In this document: piece after piece, positions 17,322-27,900 of the stretch | How positions within the stretch are numbered: the first letter of the stretch is position 1 | Layout: each line of letters begins with the position of its first letter | Source: a virus | Virus record (IMG/VR): IMGVR_UViG_3300031703_000001 | Span: 43,391-107,390 of that record | Reading direction: 5' to 3' (one strand) | Length of the DNA stretch: 64,000 nucleotides | Notes under the pieces: model-generated | What the model was told of the DNA's origin: nothing | The model's database searches: none | What the model saw: the letters and a program-made list of their open reading frames with translations, nothing else | Position numbers and translations under genes: made by a program

Positions 17322-18947
17322 ATGGAATATAAAAAGTACTATTGGCTAAATGAAGAAAGCCGTACATTCTTATCAAGAGGGTACATCTCTGAAACACCAG
17401 AGCAGAGAATTAAGGATATTGCTAATGTAGCAGAAAAATATCTAAAGATTGATGGATTTGCATTAAAGTTTGAAGACTACATATCACGTGGTTTTTATTC
17501 TTTAGCTACTCCAACCTGGATTAACTTTGGTAAATCAAAAGGATTACCAATCAGTTGTTATGGATCAAACGTTGATGATTCATTAGATAGCATCTTAAAT
17601 GGTGGCCGTGAAGTTGGTTTGATGTCTAAGTATGGAGGAGGAACTTCTGTATATTTAGGAAACATTAGAGCAAGGGGTGCAAGTATATCAACAGGAGGTC
17701 ATGCTGATGGGCCAGTTCATTATGCTAAAATATATGACACCGTTGTTGATGTATGTAAACAATCTGAAGCTAGAAGAGGAGCATGTGCTGCTTGGTTACC
17801 TTTAGAGCATGCTGATATAATGGAGTTCTTGGATATTGGGACTGAAGGAAATCCTATTCAAAATCTACAGTACGGTGTAACTGTTACTGATAAATGGATG
17901 GAAGAAATGAAAGCTGGTGATAGTGCTAAGCGTAAAACCTGGGCAAAAGTTATTCAGAGAAGAAATGAATTTGGTTTTCCATATATCATGTTCAAAGATA
18001 ACTCAAATAACAATTCTCCATACAAAGAACTAGGGCTTGATATAACGGCTTCAAATCTATGTAGTGAGATACAATTACCTACAGACAGTTTTAACTCATT
18101 TGTATGCTGTCTAGGGTCCATTAATCTATTACATTGGGATGAAATCAAACACACTGATGCAATAGAAACATATGTATTGTTTTTAAATGCAGTAATGGAT
18201 GAGTTTATTAAAAAATCAGCCGTGTTACCTGGTATGAAGAGAGCACATAGATTTGCTTCTCAACATAGAGCAATAGGTTTAGGAGTAATGGGTTATCATT
18301 CTTTATTTCAATCAAAGCTTATTGAGTTTGAATCATTACAGGCCAAAGGTTTAAACAGTGAAATCTTTAGAACTTTAAAGGAAAGATCAGAGGTTGCATC
18401 AAAATGGCTTCATGACTCAAGGGATGTCACTTGTATTAGAGATGGTTTTGCAAATAGCACATTAATGGCTGTTGCTCCTACTAAATCTAGTTCATTTATT
18501 CACGGTGCTGTATCTATGGGTATTGAACCAATCAAATCTAATTATTTTATTAAAGATTTGGCTAAGTCAAAAACCATATATCAAAATCCTTTTTTAAAGG
18601 AGGAATTAGAAAAGTATGATCTGAATACCCCTGCAGTTTGGGATAGCATCTTGAAAAAGGATGGCTCAGTTCAACATTTAGATTTTCCTACTAAAGGAGT
18701 ATTCAAGTCATTCATTGAGATAACCCCTAAAGAATTGATACTTCAGGCAGCTCAAAGACAAAAGTTCATTGATCAATCACAATCTTTGAATTTAATGATA
18801 CACCCTAGCGTTTCTGCTAAAGATATAAATCAATTGTATTTATATGCATGGGAGGAAGGAGTTAAAACTCTTTACTACCAATTTAGCCAGAGTTCTGCAC
18901 AAGAGTTTTCTAGAAATATTCTAGACTGTGCAAGTTGTGAAGGTTAG
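17322..18947 (+). CDS. nrdA: ribonucleotide reductase alpha subunit without ATP cone (start reassigned from 17298 to the ATG at 17322)
   Basis: PISC, GGG, SNLCSEI, APTKSSS, DQSQSLN, KTLYY, C-terminal CASCEG. Confidence 0.95.
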   Translation: MEYKKYYWLNEESRTFLSRGYISETPEQRIKDIANVAEKYLKIDGFALKFEDYISRGFYSLATPTWINFGKSKGLPISCYGSNVDDSLDSILNGGREVGLMSKYGGGTSVYLGNIRARGASISTGGHADGPVHYAKIYDTVVDVCKQSEARRGACAAWLPLEHADIMEFLDIGTEGNPIQNLQYGVTVTDKWMEEMKAGDSAKRKTWAKVIQRRNEFGFPYIMFKDNSNNNSPYKELGLDITASNLCSEIQLPTDSFNSFVCCLGSINLLHWDEIKHTDAIETYVLFLNAVMDEFIKKSAVLPGMKRAHRFASQHRAIGLGVMGYHSLFQSKLIEFESLQAKGLNSEIFRTLKERSEVASKWLHDSRDVTCIRDGFANSTLMAVAPTKSSSFIHGAVSMGIEPIKSNYFIKDLAKSKTIYQNPFLKEELEKYDLNTPAVWDSILKKDGSVQHLDFPTKGVFKSFIEITPKELILQAAQRQKFIDQSQSLNLMIHPSVSAKDINQLYLYAWEEGVKTLYYQFSQSSAQEFSRNILDCASCEG

Positions 18948-18965
18948 TAATTAAATAATGTAGTA

Positions 18966-19010
18966 TAAACCAGTCACTAAGGCCTAATTATAGGTTTAAT
19001 GACTGGTTTA
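18966..19010. terminator. bidirectional terminator between convergent genes
   Basis: TAAACCAGTCA...TGACTGGTTTA inverted repeat with an extended inner stem. Confidence 0.75.
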
Positions 19011-19020
19011 TCATACATTT

Positions 19021-22000
19021 TTAGTATTCAAATTCTCTTTCTATTAGAGCATTGTTCCATTTCTTAAATGATGTCAATATAGGTAATGCATCTTCCCAAG
19101 CTTTAGCTACTTTAAGTTTTCCTTTATTAGGTTTATTTTGATAAACATAATCAGAATCAGCATAAAAGCCTTCTTCACCTTTAATTAAATATGCAGGTGC
19201 AAACCATATACTTTGGTTTACTGCCTCACCCAATTCACCTAACATTCTTGATGCAGCAACCGGAGATTTAATCATCTGGTGTATTTGTACCCATGAATCT
19301 GGAGTAATTGGAGCAAACAATATCAATTCTTTATACAATCTATCTGCTTGATACTTAGTTAAATTCTTAAGTCTTCTTTCAGTATCACTATCATCATCAT
19401 CACCGGCAAGAACACTATCTAGTATAGTACCTATTCCGGATACTGCAATTATAATAGCAATTTCACCCATGGTTCTGTAGACACCAAACAATCTATTTTG
19501 ACCTCTTGAATCACCAAGACCACCTGTACCATCATAACCTTCTTGTTCTTTTAGAAATCCTTCACCATATTTTTTAAAGTCTCTATTTCCAAGAACTATT
19601 TGTTGTTTTGCAAAAGCAGCAAACGCTATGGCAGATTTATATCTACCTTCCATCCAACCTAAATTTTCATCAAAGTATTCATTTTGGAATCTAGCTCTAA
19701 CAGCTGGAGCAACCCATTTTTTAAATTGTGCAGCTAAGTTACCAATGGTATGAGATTGAATTATCATTCTATCTTCAGCCGCGTAATTACCATGAATTTG
19801 TTTGTTGACTTCTCTAATATTATTTCTTAGTTTATATCTAAAGTCATCATTATACTGAGCAATCTCTTTACCATTTTTATCTATAACAGTTTCAAAACCA
19901 TCCATCAATTCAACTTCATGAGTTTTTCCATTAAATTTGAATGCATCATATAAAGACATTGTTTCTCCCGTTTCTTTATTAAGAACCAGGGTATCCATTA
20001 TTAAAGCTATACCAACTTTAGTTTGAACATTGTATTCAGCAGCATCTTGTAGTACATAACCCCAAGCTTTAAACCTTTCCCAAACACCTTTATCATCTTT
20101 ACCTCTTTGTGATTCACGTATATCTGTAGAATCATCCATCATTCTGAATAGCTCAGTTAATGCTTCATACTTATTGTTGGCTTGATTAGGATCATAATCA
20201 GTCTTGCCAATATTTGCTAAACCTAGAGTTGCTATATCAGCAATATCTTGTATTCCAGCACCGGTTCTTTTTATTATACCAGGTAAAGCAACAGCATTGT
20301 ATTCCTTAGCTGCTCTAAAATAACTCTTCTTTGAGTAAAATCTAGAACCAAGCATCTCAATATTATTGTTTATTTTACCCATCAAGTAATTGTTAAAGTT
20401 ACCAAACGGATTAAATGCAACATAAGCTAAAGAAGAAAATCCAATTAACTGATCTGCAATTTTATCTACAGCTCCTTTTGTTATAAGTTCATTATCATAA
20501 TAAACCATTGACAAATATTTTCTCAATCTTCTTACAGTATTTGAATCACCACTTGTTTCTTTTTTGAAACCTACGGTGCCTCCAATAGCCTGATCAACTT
20601 TATTGGCAGCACGGCCAACTAAACGTGTACTTGCTTTAGATGGTTCATATGCTCTATTTTCTACAACTCTTGTTATTGCAGTTAATGTATCTTCAATTTC
20701 ACCCATCACTTCATAATGTTCAGCCATTGCGCTAAACTTTATTAAACTTGATGCTAAATCAGAACTTAACTCTTCAACTAAAGGTGCACTTCTTAACTTT
20801 GCAGTTTCACCTGATAGTAAGGCAGCTTCTTTCTTATAAGTGACACCATTTATCTCACCTTTTTTATATTTATCCTTTAATGCTTTTTCTTTTGCTTCAG
20901 CTTCTTCAAGTGCTCCTTCTTTTCTAGGAGAACCCGTATAGAACACAGGCATTGAATTAACAAAATTACCTTGCTCATCAAGCAAAACATTCTTTTGTAT
21001 AGCAGTTTCTTTAGTAAGATTTGAAACTGATCTCACTGTATTAGAATACATTCTTACAAAGACATTGGATTTATTCTTTAAATCAGATAATAATTCACCT
21101 TTAACAGTTGGTATTCTACCAGACATCTGCGCTTTAACACTTGCTGGTAATTTACCTAATAATTCAACTTCATAATACTTAACGTACAACTCATAGAATT
21201 CTCTTTGTGCAATAGATAACGCATCAGTTTTAGTAGGATCAAAAATGGCTTTGTATTGCTCACTTCTCATATCACCATTAACATCTGCTAATCCATTTTC
21301 ATCAAGTGAAAATTCATTGGCAACTATATATTCACCTTTAACAAATATACCACCAGTCTTATCTTTTAAAACTTGACCTGTTGGTTCTCCATTAAGCCAT
21401 ATTGCTTTATTATAGTCAACGCTATTGTAGTACTTGGCTTGGAATTTTTGATACTCAACTTCCTTTGCACCTTTTACATTACTTCTTTTATGCCATGTAC
21501 CCCATGTACCATTATTTTGCCAGAACTCAAACTTCTTTCTAGCATCTTGAAACTCTTGGTTATATCTGTGATATTTACCATCTATTCTATTACCATTTTC
21601 ATCTGATCTCTCTGCTTGAGAAAAGTTAGTCAATGCTCTCTTTTTTCTAGCCACCTCAATATTATAGTCAATATCTTCTTTGGTTGCATTTTCAAAATTA
21701 CCAACTTCTCTGTATTGTAAAGGAACACCTTTATCATCAGTTGTTGCATCCATTAACTCTTGTCTTAGAGTATAATATTTTTGACCAATTGGTTTTGTAT
21801 AAAATCCAGTGCGTTTACCTTCTCTGAAAACATGCATGAAATCATAAAGTTGATCCTTGCTAGTTCCCGGTGATAACTTTAATAGTTTATTACCAGCTTT
21901 TTGAATTACAGATTCTCTATAATTAATCTTATCTAATAAGATTTGTTTTTGTCTTTTGTATATTTTATCTACTATAGCAAGTAATGTATCAGTAGAAGTA

Positions 22001-24951
22001 GCTAAATCTCTAGTTTGTAAATCAACACCACTAATATCATCAACCTGAGTCAATTCTTTAATTAAATCTGCTTCAGTGTTACCACTTCCCTCAACTCCAA
22101 ATTGTCTATTAGATTTGTTTCTAACAACTTCTTTTACATAATTGAAAATAGCATCATTAATAAGACCTTCTTTACCAGTATTTAATGCTTTAGTACCAAC
22201 TAATTTATTGGTTTCTAATTGTAGGTTTAACACCAATTGTTTTTGTGTAGCATTTAATTCTGAAGAATCTTCAATTGCAAATAAAGGAGCAAATGTAGTA
22301 AGGAATCTGTTGAAATTTAACACATAACTAATGTAAGCTGGGTCATCAATATTTTTTGGATCAGATACATATGTTGTAAATTCTCTAATTCTTTCTAATG
22401 ACTTACGTAATAAAGCAGTATAAACTCTAGACTGTTCAAGTGGGCCCTTATTCATACCACTTAAAATATAAGCTTGTTCATTAGCTCTCTCATCTAACCT
22501 TTGTTCATAGGTTTTGCTTGAGAATACCTTTTTCTTATTATTAGTATCCGCTTCCTGTGCTCTTCTTACAGCTTCACTGTAATTTTCTACAGCATCATAT
22601 ATAGTATTCTTTTCTGTAAGTACTTTGGCCTCTACAGTTTCAGGTATAACTTCATCTTTTAATAAAGGATCATTTTTACCTGAATAAAAAGACTCATCTT
22701 GTTCAGCTATTTTAGCATCTAACTTTTCCTTATTGGTATTTTTCTTTGTTGCTGGAATAAGCATGTCAACATAAACTCCGTTTTCAGATGGTTTGGTTTC
22801 TGATAACTCATTGTTATGGTGCATATTCTTTTCATTGGTATAACTACCTAAATACTTTTGGTCTTTACCTTTACCTTCTATATCTAAATGCATATGGAAT
22901 GTGGTAGCAGAGAAATCACCTTCATTAACAGTGTATCCCATATTCTCCAACATCCTTCTGTATAAGTTTACTTGAAGATTGTGTTGTCCTTTTGTACTCA
23001 GTGTGTCTACACCTTTTTGTTTTAACAAACTATCAGCAGGTAATGCCCAACCTTTATCTTCATAAAGTGTCAGACCTTGTAATCCTTTTTTTGTAGTTGT
23101 TGGAAATTTCTTAAGTATAGAATTCTTACTTGTTTTTAAATCAAGAATGCTAATTCTACCTTGCTTATCTACAATAAGTAAATCAGCTGTACCAGCAAGC
23201 TTTGTTGCTTCATCAAATAAAACAACTTGAGACATTGCTATACTACCATCAGGCATCAAAGTTCTTATAACTTCTCTCATAGCTCCAAACATTTCCAATG
23301 TCTGATCTCTTGTTAAAACTTTCATGTTGGGGATTGTATCCTCAAACAAATTCATCTTTTCTCTACCGTTGAGTTCAATTACTATGGCCTCAACAATAGT
23401 ATCAACATCATTTCCAATGTCTAAATTATATTGTACACTTTCTAGTTTTGTTTTATCTACAAGTTTACCTTCTTTAATTTTTTCAACCCATAATTTCTTC
23501 TCTGCAGCAAGTGCTTTTCCTTTCAGACCTTTTATTGCTTCATCTCTAGCCTGTATAGCTTCTCCTTCTTTATTGGTAAGTTTACCTTTAATTGCAGTAG
23601 TAACAGAATTGTAAACAGTATTGCTGTTTAGATCCATATACGTGTGCTCTTCAGCATTAAATGTCATTGCCACTTGTGAACCTTTATCTCCAGGCTTAAG
23701 CTTTTTTGAATTAATACTAACTGATAAACTATCTACAACTTTAGGGCTTCCTTCAACAATTCTGTACATTTCATTTAGCACTTCAGTTTGAATACCATTT
23801 GCAACTGACAACGTTCTCTTTTTTATTGCAGCTTTTTCAGGAGACAATGAATATCTTACCTTACCGCTTGCTTTTTTAATGAGAACAAATTGTAAATCTG
23901 CTGTATTTAAAAGTCTTGCAATATCACTAAATGTTGCATTGCTATTTATAGCTGTTACCTCTAAAGGATTACCAGCAATATACTCATGTAAATTGTTAAC
24001 TACATTTTGCAACCACTCTAAAGCATCTTGAATTAAATTTAAAAAAGTCTTTGTTGGTTTAACACCATTGTATTCTTTATTAAAATGTCTTGTTAATGCT
24101 TGTGTTACAATTTCTAAATCTCTATCTAGTTGACTAAAGTTTCTGTCTGCATTATATGCATCAGTAATCTGCTGAGCCATCTCCGGGAAGTTGACTTTAG
24201 CTTCTGCTAATAAATTATTAAATAAAGCTTGGTTATCAACCTTGATAGCATCAATGAATGGGTGCAACATTTCTTCAATTGCAGTTTCATTAGTTACTTT
24301 ACCTTGAATTAAATAAACAACACCATCAACATAAAATGAATTAACTTCTGAAAAGGGCCCTGAAGTCTTCTTCCATTTAGGCAATCCATCATGGATAGCT
24401 TTAGCTTCTTTAACAGATAACATTTTAACTTTAAGTTGGGGAAACATTTTCATTAAATGCATCACAACCTCTCTTGATCTTGGTGTATTCCAGGCTCTTG
24501 AAGATTCCATTATATCTTTAGGAGTAAATACATTATCTAAAACCTCTATCTTATATGACTTAGGTGTTCTTGTAATGTTCACACTCTCCAACGGTATATT
24601 GTTTGCCTTTAGATACAACAATACAGCCTTATGATTTGCCGCAAGAGCAGTTGCATCATAGACCATGCTATTATTATATGAATTATTGATAACATAATTA
24701 CCTTCATACAAATGGATTAACTTCTTTCTACGCAAGTTATGAATCACACTTTCACCAAACTGACGTTGCTTTAATGCAAAGGCAACCTTGTTAAGTGAAA
24801 CAAATCTTGCTGCTTCAACTGTTGTAGGGAACACGTCAGTGCTGTTGGCACTCTGCCAAGCATTGATAATGTTGTTAGTTTCTAATTCACTTGTGTAAAC
24901 CTCCTGTAGAGCTTTATACTCTGCTGTATTTTTATTGGGACATTTTGCCAT
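19021..24951 (-). CDS. giant ejection/cargo protein with a degenerate zincin-like domain and a PD-(D/E)XK nuclease domain
   Basis: 1976 aa, directly downstream of the vRNAP gene; EEMLHPF; SVTT, AGTADLL, ILDLKTS, QVNLYRRMLE; hydrophobic C-terminal segment. Confidence 0.75.
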   Translation of the reverse strand: MAKCPNKNTAEYKALQEVYTSELETNNIINAWQSANSTDVFPTTVEAARFVSLNKVAFALKQRQFGESVIHNLRRKKLIHLYEGNYVINNSYNNSMVYDATALAANHKAVLLYLKANNIPLESVNITRTPKSYKIEVLDNVFTPKDIMESSRAWNTPRSREVVMHLMKMFPQLKVKMLSVKEAKAIHDGLPKWKKTSGPFSEVNSFYVDGVVYLIQGKVTNETAIEEMLHPFIDAIKVDNQALFNNLLAEAKVNFPEMAQQITDAYNADRNFSQLDRDLEIVTQALTRHFNKEYNGVKPTKTFLNLIQDALEWLQNVVNNLHEYIAGNPLEVTAINSNATFSDIARLLNTADLQFVLIKKASGKVRYSLSPEKAAIKKRTLSVANGIQTEVLNEMYRIVEGSPKVVDSLSVSINSKKLKPGDKGSQVAMTFNAEEHTYMDLNSNTVYNSVTTAIKGKLTNKEGEAIQARDEAIKGLKGKALAAEKKLWVEKIKEGKLVDKTKLESVQYNLDIGNDVDTIVEAIVIELNGREKMNLFEDTIPNMKVLTRDQTLEMFGAMREVIRTLMPDGSIAMSQVVLFDEATKLAGTADLLIVDKQGRISILDLKTSKNSILKKFPTTTKKGLQGLTLYEDKGWALPADSLLKQKGVDTLSTKGQHNLQVNLYRRMLENMGYTVNEGDFSATTFHMHLDIEGKGKDQKYLGSYTNEKNMHHNNELSETKPSENGVYVDMLIPATKKNTNKEKLDAKIAEQDESFYSGKNDPLLKDEVIPETVEAKVLTEKNTIYDAVENYSEAVRRAQEADTNNKKKVFSSKTYEQRLDERANEQAYILSGMNKGPLEQSRVYTALLRKSLERIREFTTYVSDPKNIDDPAYISYVLNFNRFLTTFAPLFAIEDSSELNATQKQLVLNLQLETNKLVGTKALNTGKEGLINDAIFNYVKEVVRNKSNRQFGVEGSGNTEADLIKELTQVDDISGVDLQTRDLATSTDTLLAIVDKIYKRQKQILLDKINYRESVIQKAGNKLLKLSPGTSKDQLYDFMHVFREGKRTGFYTKPIGQKYYTLRQELMDATTDDKGVPLQYREVGNFENATKEDIDYNIEVARKKRALTNFSQAERSDENGNRIDGKYHRYNQEFQDARKKFEFWQNNGTWGTWHKRSNVKGAKEVEYQKFQAKYYNSVDYNKAIWLNGEPTGQVLKDKTGGIFVKGEYIVANEFSLDENGLADVNGDMRSEQYKAIFDPTKTDALSIAQREFYELYVKYYEVELLGKLPASVKAQMSGRIPTVKGELLSDLKNKSNVFVRMYSNTVRSVSNLTKETAIQKNVLLDEQGNFVNSMPVFYTGSPRKEGALEEAEAKEKALKDKYKKGEINGVTYKKEAALLSGETAKLRSAPLVEELSSDLASSLIKFSAMAEHYEVMGEIEDTLTAITRVVENRAYEPSKASTRLVGRAANKVDQAIGGTVGFKKETSGDSNTVRRLRKYLSMVYYDNELITKGAVDKIADQLIGFSSLAYVAFNPFGNFNNYLMGKINNNIEMLGSRFYSKKSYFRAAKEYNAVALPGIIKRTGAGIQDIADIATLGLANIGKTDYDPNQANNKYEALTELFRMMDDSTDIRESQRGKDDKGVWERFKAWGYVLQDAAEYNVQTKVGIALIMDTLVLNKETGETMSLYDAFKFNGKTHEVELMDGFETVIDKNGKEIAQYNDDFRYKLRNNIREVNKQIHGNYAAEDRMIIQSHTIGNLAAQFKKWVAPAVRARFQNEYFDENLGWMEGRYKSAIAFAAFAKQQIVLGNRDFKKYGEGFLKEQEGYDGTGGLGDSRGQNRLFGVYRTMGEIAIIIAVSGIGTILDSVLAGDDDDSDTERRLKNLTKYQADRLYKELILFAPITPDSWVQIHQMIKSPVAASRMLGELGEAVNQSIWFAPAYLIKGEEGFYADSDYVYQNKPNKGKLKVAKAWEDALPILTSFKKWNNALIEREFEY

Positions 24952-24958
24952 AACTATA

Positions 24959-27900
24959 TTATAATATACATTTAATTTCTTCCATGAATACTTCCTCTGA
25001 AGTCTTATCAGCAGTTGCTGGATACATTCCTTTCTTTGATTCCTTATTAAAGAATTCTAACATAAGACTATATGTTCTCATACCGTTCTTAGCAAATTTA
25101 GCCTTTTTTTCTGAATCTTGATCTATTACTTCATCCCAAAATATAATTAGTTGAGGATTTAACTCAGCCGCATTAGCATCAAACTCTAAATCCATCTGCA
25201 TTAATGAAGCAGCTAATTCAGAAGCATCACGTAAAGCATCCTCTGCAACATCACCTTCTTGAAATTCTTTTGGTGTTGCAACTACAGTTTCAGTTTCAGC
25301 TAATGTAACATCAACTTTGGTTCCTCCCTCTGATGGAGTACCATCTACAATATCAATATACTCCGCTCTAGCTAGATCTTGTTCTAATTGTGCTTCTTGT
25401 ACATCAAAAGATTGAGTTTGAAAGTTATCAGAAATTGGATCATTGTGTAATTCTTTTACTGATTTTCTTACCTCAACATATGTAGGTCTTTCACCAAACA
25501 TAAATCCAATACCATTTTGTTGATTGGATCCGTATGTTTCAATTTCATTATATACTCCTACTTCCTCAGTTGTTTTATTAAGTGAGTCAGAAAGCATTTG
25601 ACCAGAAATTTGTTCTAATGCTTTTATTGTTGCTCTAACTTCAATTGCAACTTTATCCGGAGTTAATAAATCTCTACCCTTATTCCAATATACATCTTTA
25701 TCTTTATTATTTATATGATCTTGTTCATGAAGAACCAAGAAAGTATTAGCAAGTTTATTAGTAGAAAGTATAGATTTAACTTTAGCTAAGCTATAACCTT
25801 GCTTATTAAGTTCCTTCAAGACTAAAGCTTTTTGTAAACTAGATACACCACCTTCTTTACCCTCCATGTAATCAAATAACTCTTGTGTGTTTGTTACTGG
25901 GTTTATTGTTATAGTAACTCCATCAGTAGAAGCAAATCTTTTAGAACCATCAGAGTTCTTTAATTTTTTATTTACTTTGTATGCTGGCATTCTATAAGCA
26001 CCTTTTACACTTTGAGATTCTGAAGTTCCAACATCATCACGCGCATATGTTTTATAAGAATCATAACCTTCAGTTGAAGTATTTTTAACTCTTATATAAC
26101 GTTTGCCTTTAGATGTAGGATTCTTTTCATATACTGCAGTTAATACACCACTTTTAACAGTAACACCTTTTGTTTTTTTACTAAAAGCACCGTCAGTTTG
26201 ATACAGGGTTGTTATTAAAGAGTTGTTTATATTAGATGCTAAATAACCATTAATAAATTCATCCTTCATTTCAGACATTGTTAAACCAAATGTAGACATC
26301 ATCTTTTCATCTGATGCATTACGTAAAGCTTCATTGGCTGTTGCAATATGATCTAAGTAAGCAGTCATTGTAAATGGACTAATTGCATCAAGCAATGTTC
26401 CATAAGCCATTTGTAAACCGTCTTTCACCATCATGTAATTGATGATTGATAATGCATCATCTTTAGTTTCTAATGTACCATATATTTTAGCAAAAGATGT
26501 TTGTAAATCTATTTTTTGTTGTCCATTTAAACTTCTAAATGTATTTGATTGCACAAGGTTTAAACCAGTGTTATTACTTTTTTCTGAAGCAGAATTAGCA
26601 ACAGCAAATACATCAAGGAAGAAATTATCTTTACCAACTTCAGTTTCTCTCAACCTTTCTATAAGATCAATAACTGAATTTTGATCAGATGGGTAAATGA
26701 AATTGTTATTTAAGTTAGCTATAGAACCCGTTGTTCCATTACCAACATTATGTTGATATGCTTTTATTGTTATATATGATAATAAATCTCTAGCTATTTT
26801 TGATTCAGTTTCTGATGTGAACTCTTGCTTGTTAACATCCATATTATCCATTACGTCAGCCATGATGCTTGTGAATTGTGGACTTGCACTCAAGAAAGTA
26901 GCAGGTAATAAATCATCATAAATTTGGTCAAATATCTCTAAGTATTTAGACTGCCAAGTATCACTCTTATAAATAGGTGCTAAATCCATTATTGCTTCCT
27001 TAGCAAATAATTGATCCATTTGCTCTCTCTTATAATTTACAGTTGTTATATCTTTCCCTAAACCATTTGTAAGATCAGAAATTGATCTCATGTTGGAAGT
27101 GAATTTCTTAACACGTGTTGCTTCAGAGAATGTTACCAATATAGATAATTGTTCTACATCACTGATTTCATTGTCTAATGATTTTCTCAATAGTGCATCA
27201 GTTACATCAACTAGTTCTATACTCTTAGCTTCTTTATCCTTGTTATCATTGTTTATCTTATCATTCAATTCAGCTACCTTATCTTTAAGTAAAGACTCAA
27301 CACCTGGATCCATTTTTTCTTTCTTATTTATAGCTTGCTCATAAATACTTTGAATTTCAGGATTGTTTATTAATAGTAAAGATGTTCTAATTGGAACACC
27401 CAATGCTGTTAAGTTTCCAACTAATGCTAATGCTTCTTTGTTTAATCCAAGTTTAGCAACCAATCTTTCTTTAGCATTATCTGTAGCCATTGTGATTAAA
27501 GAAGAAATAATATCTTGTTTTCTATCACCTAACTTACCATCTCCCAATTGTTCTCTAAGATGTTTGAAAGTATCAAACTTAATACCATTCAACATTATAG
27601 CTGGTCCGTCAGCTTTAAGTGTTATACCGTATTCAGTTAAAAGGCTCAATGCTTGATTTGGAGAAACTATTGCTCCAATTGCAGCACCTTTATTTGCTTT
27701 AAATGATTTTATCTTACCTAAGATATTATCAACATCAATGTTATCTTCTCTAGAACGTTCAACTAAATAATTTGATCTAGTTGCACTTTCTTCTGAACTA
27801 TCACTAAACTCTGCCCATAAACTATATAGTATATCTAAACTTGCTGGAGTGTATGATATAGCTGGTTTTCCATCTATTTCATTAGTTACACTATCATTCC

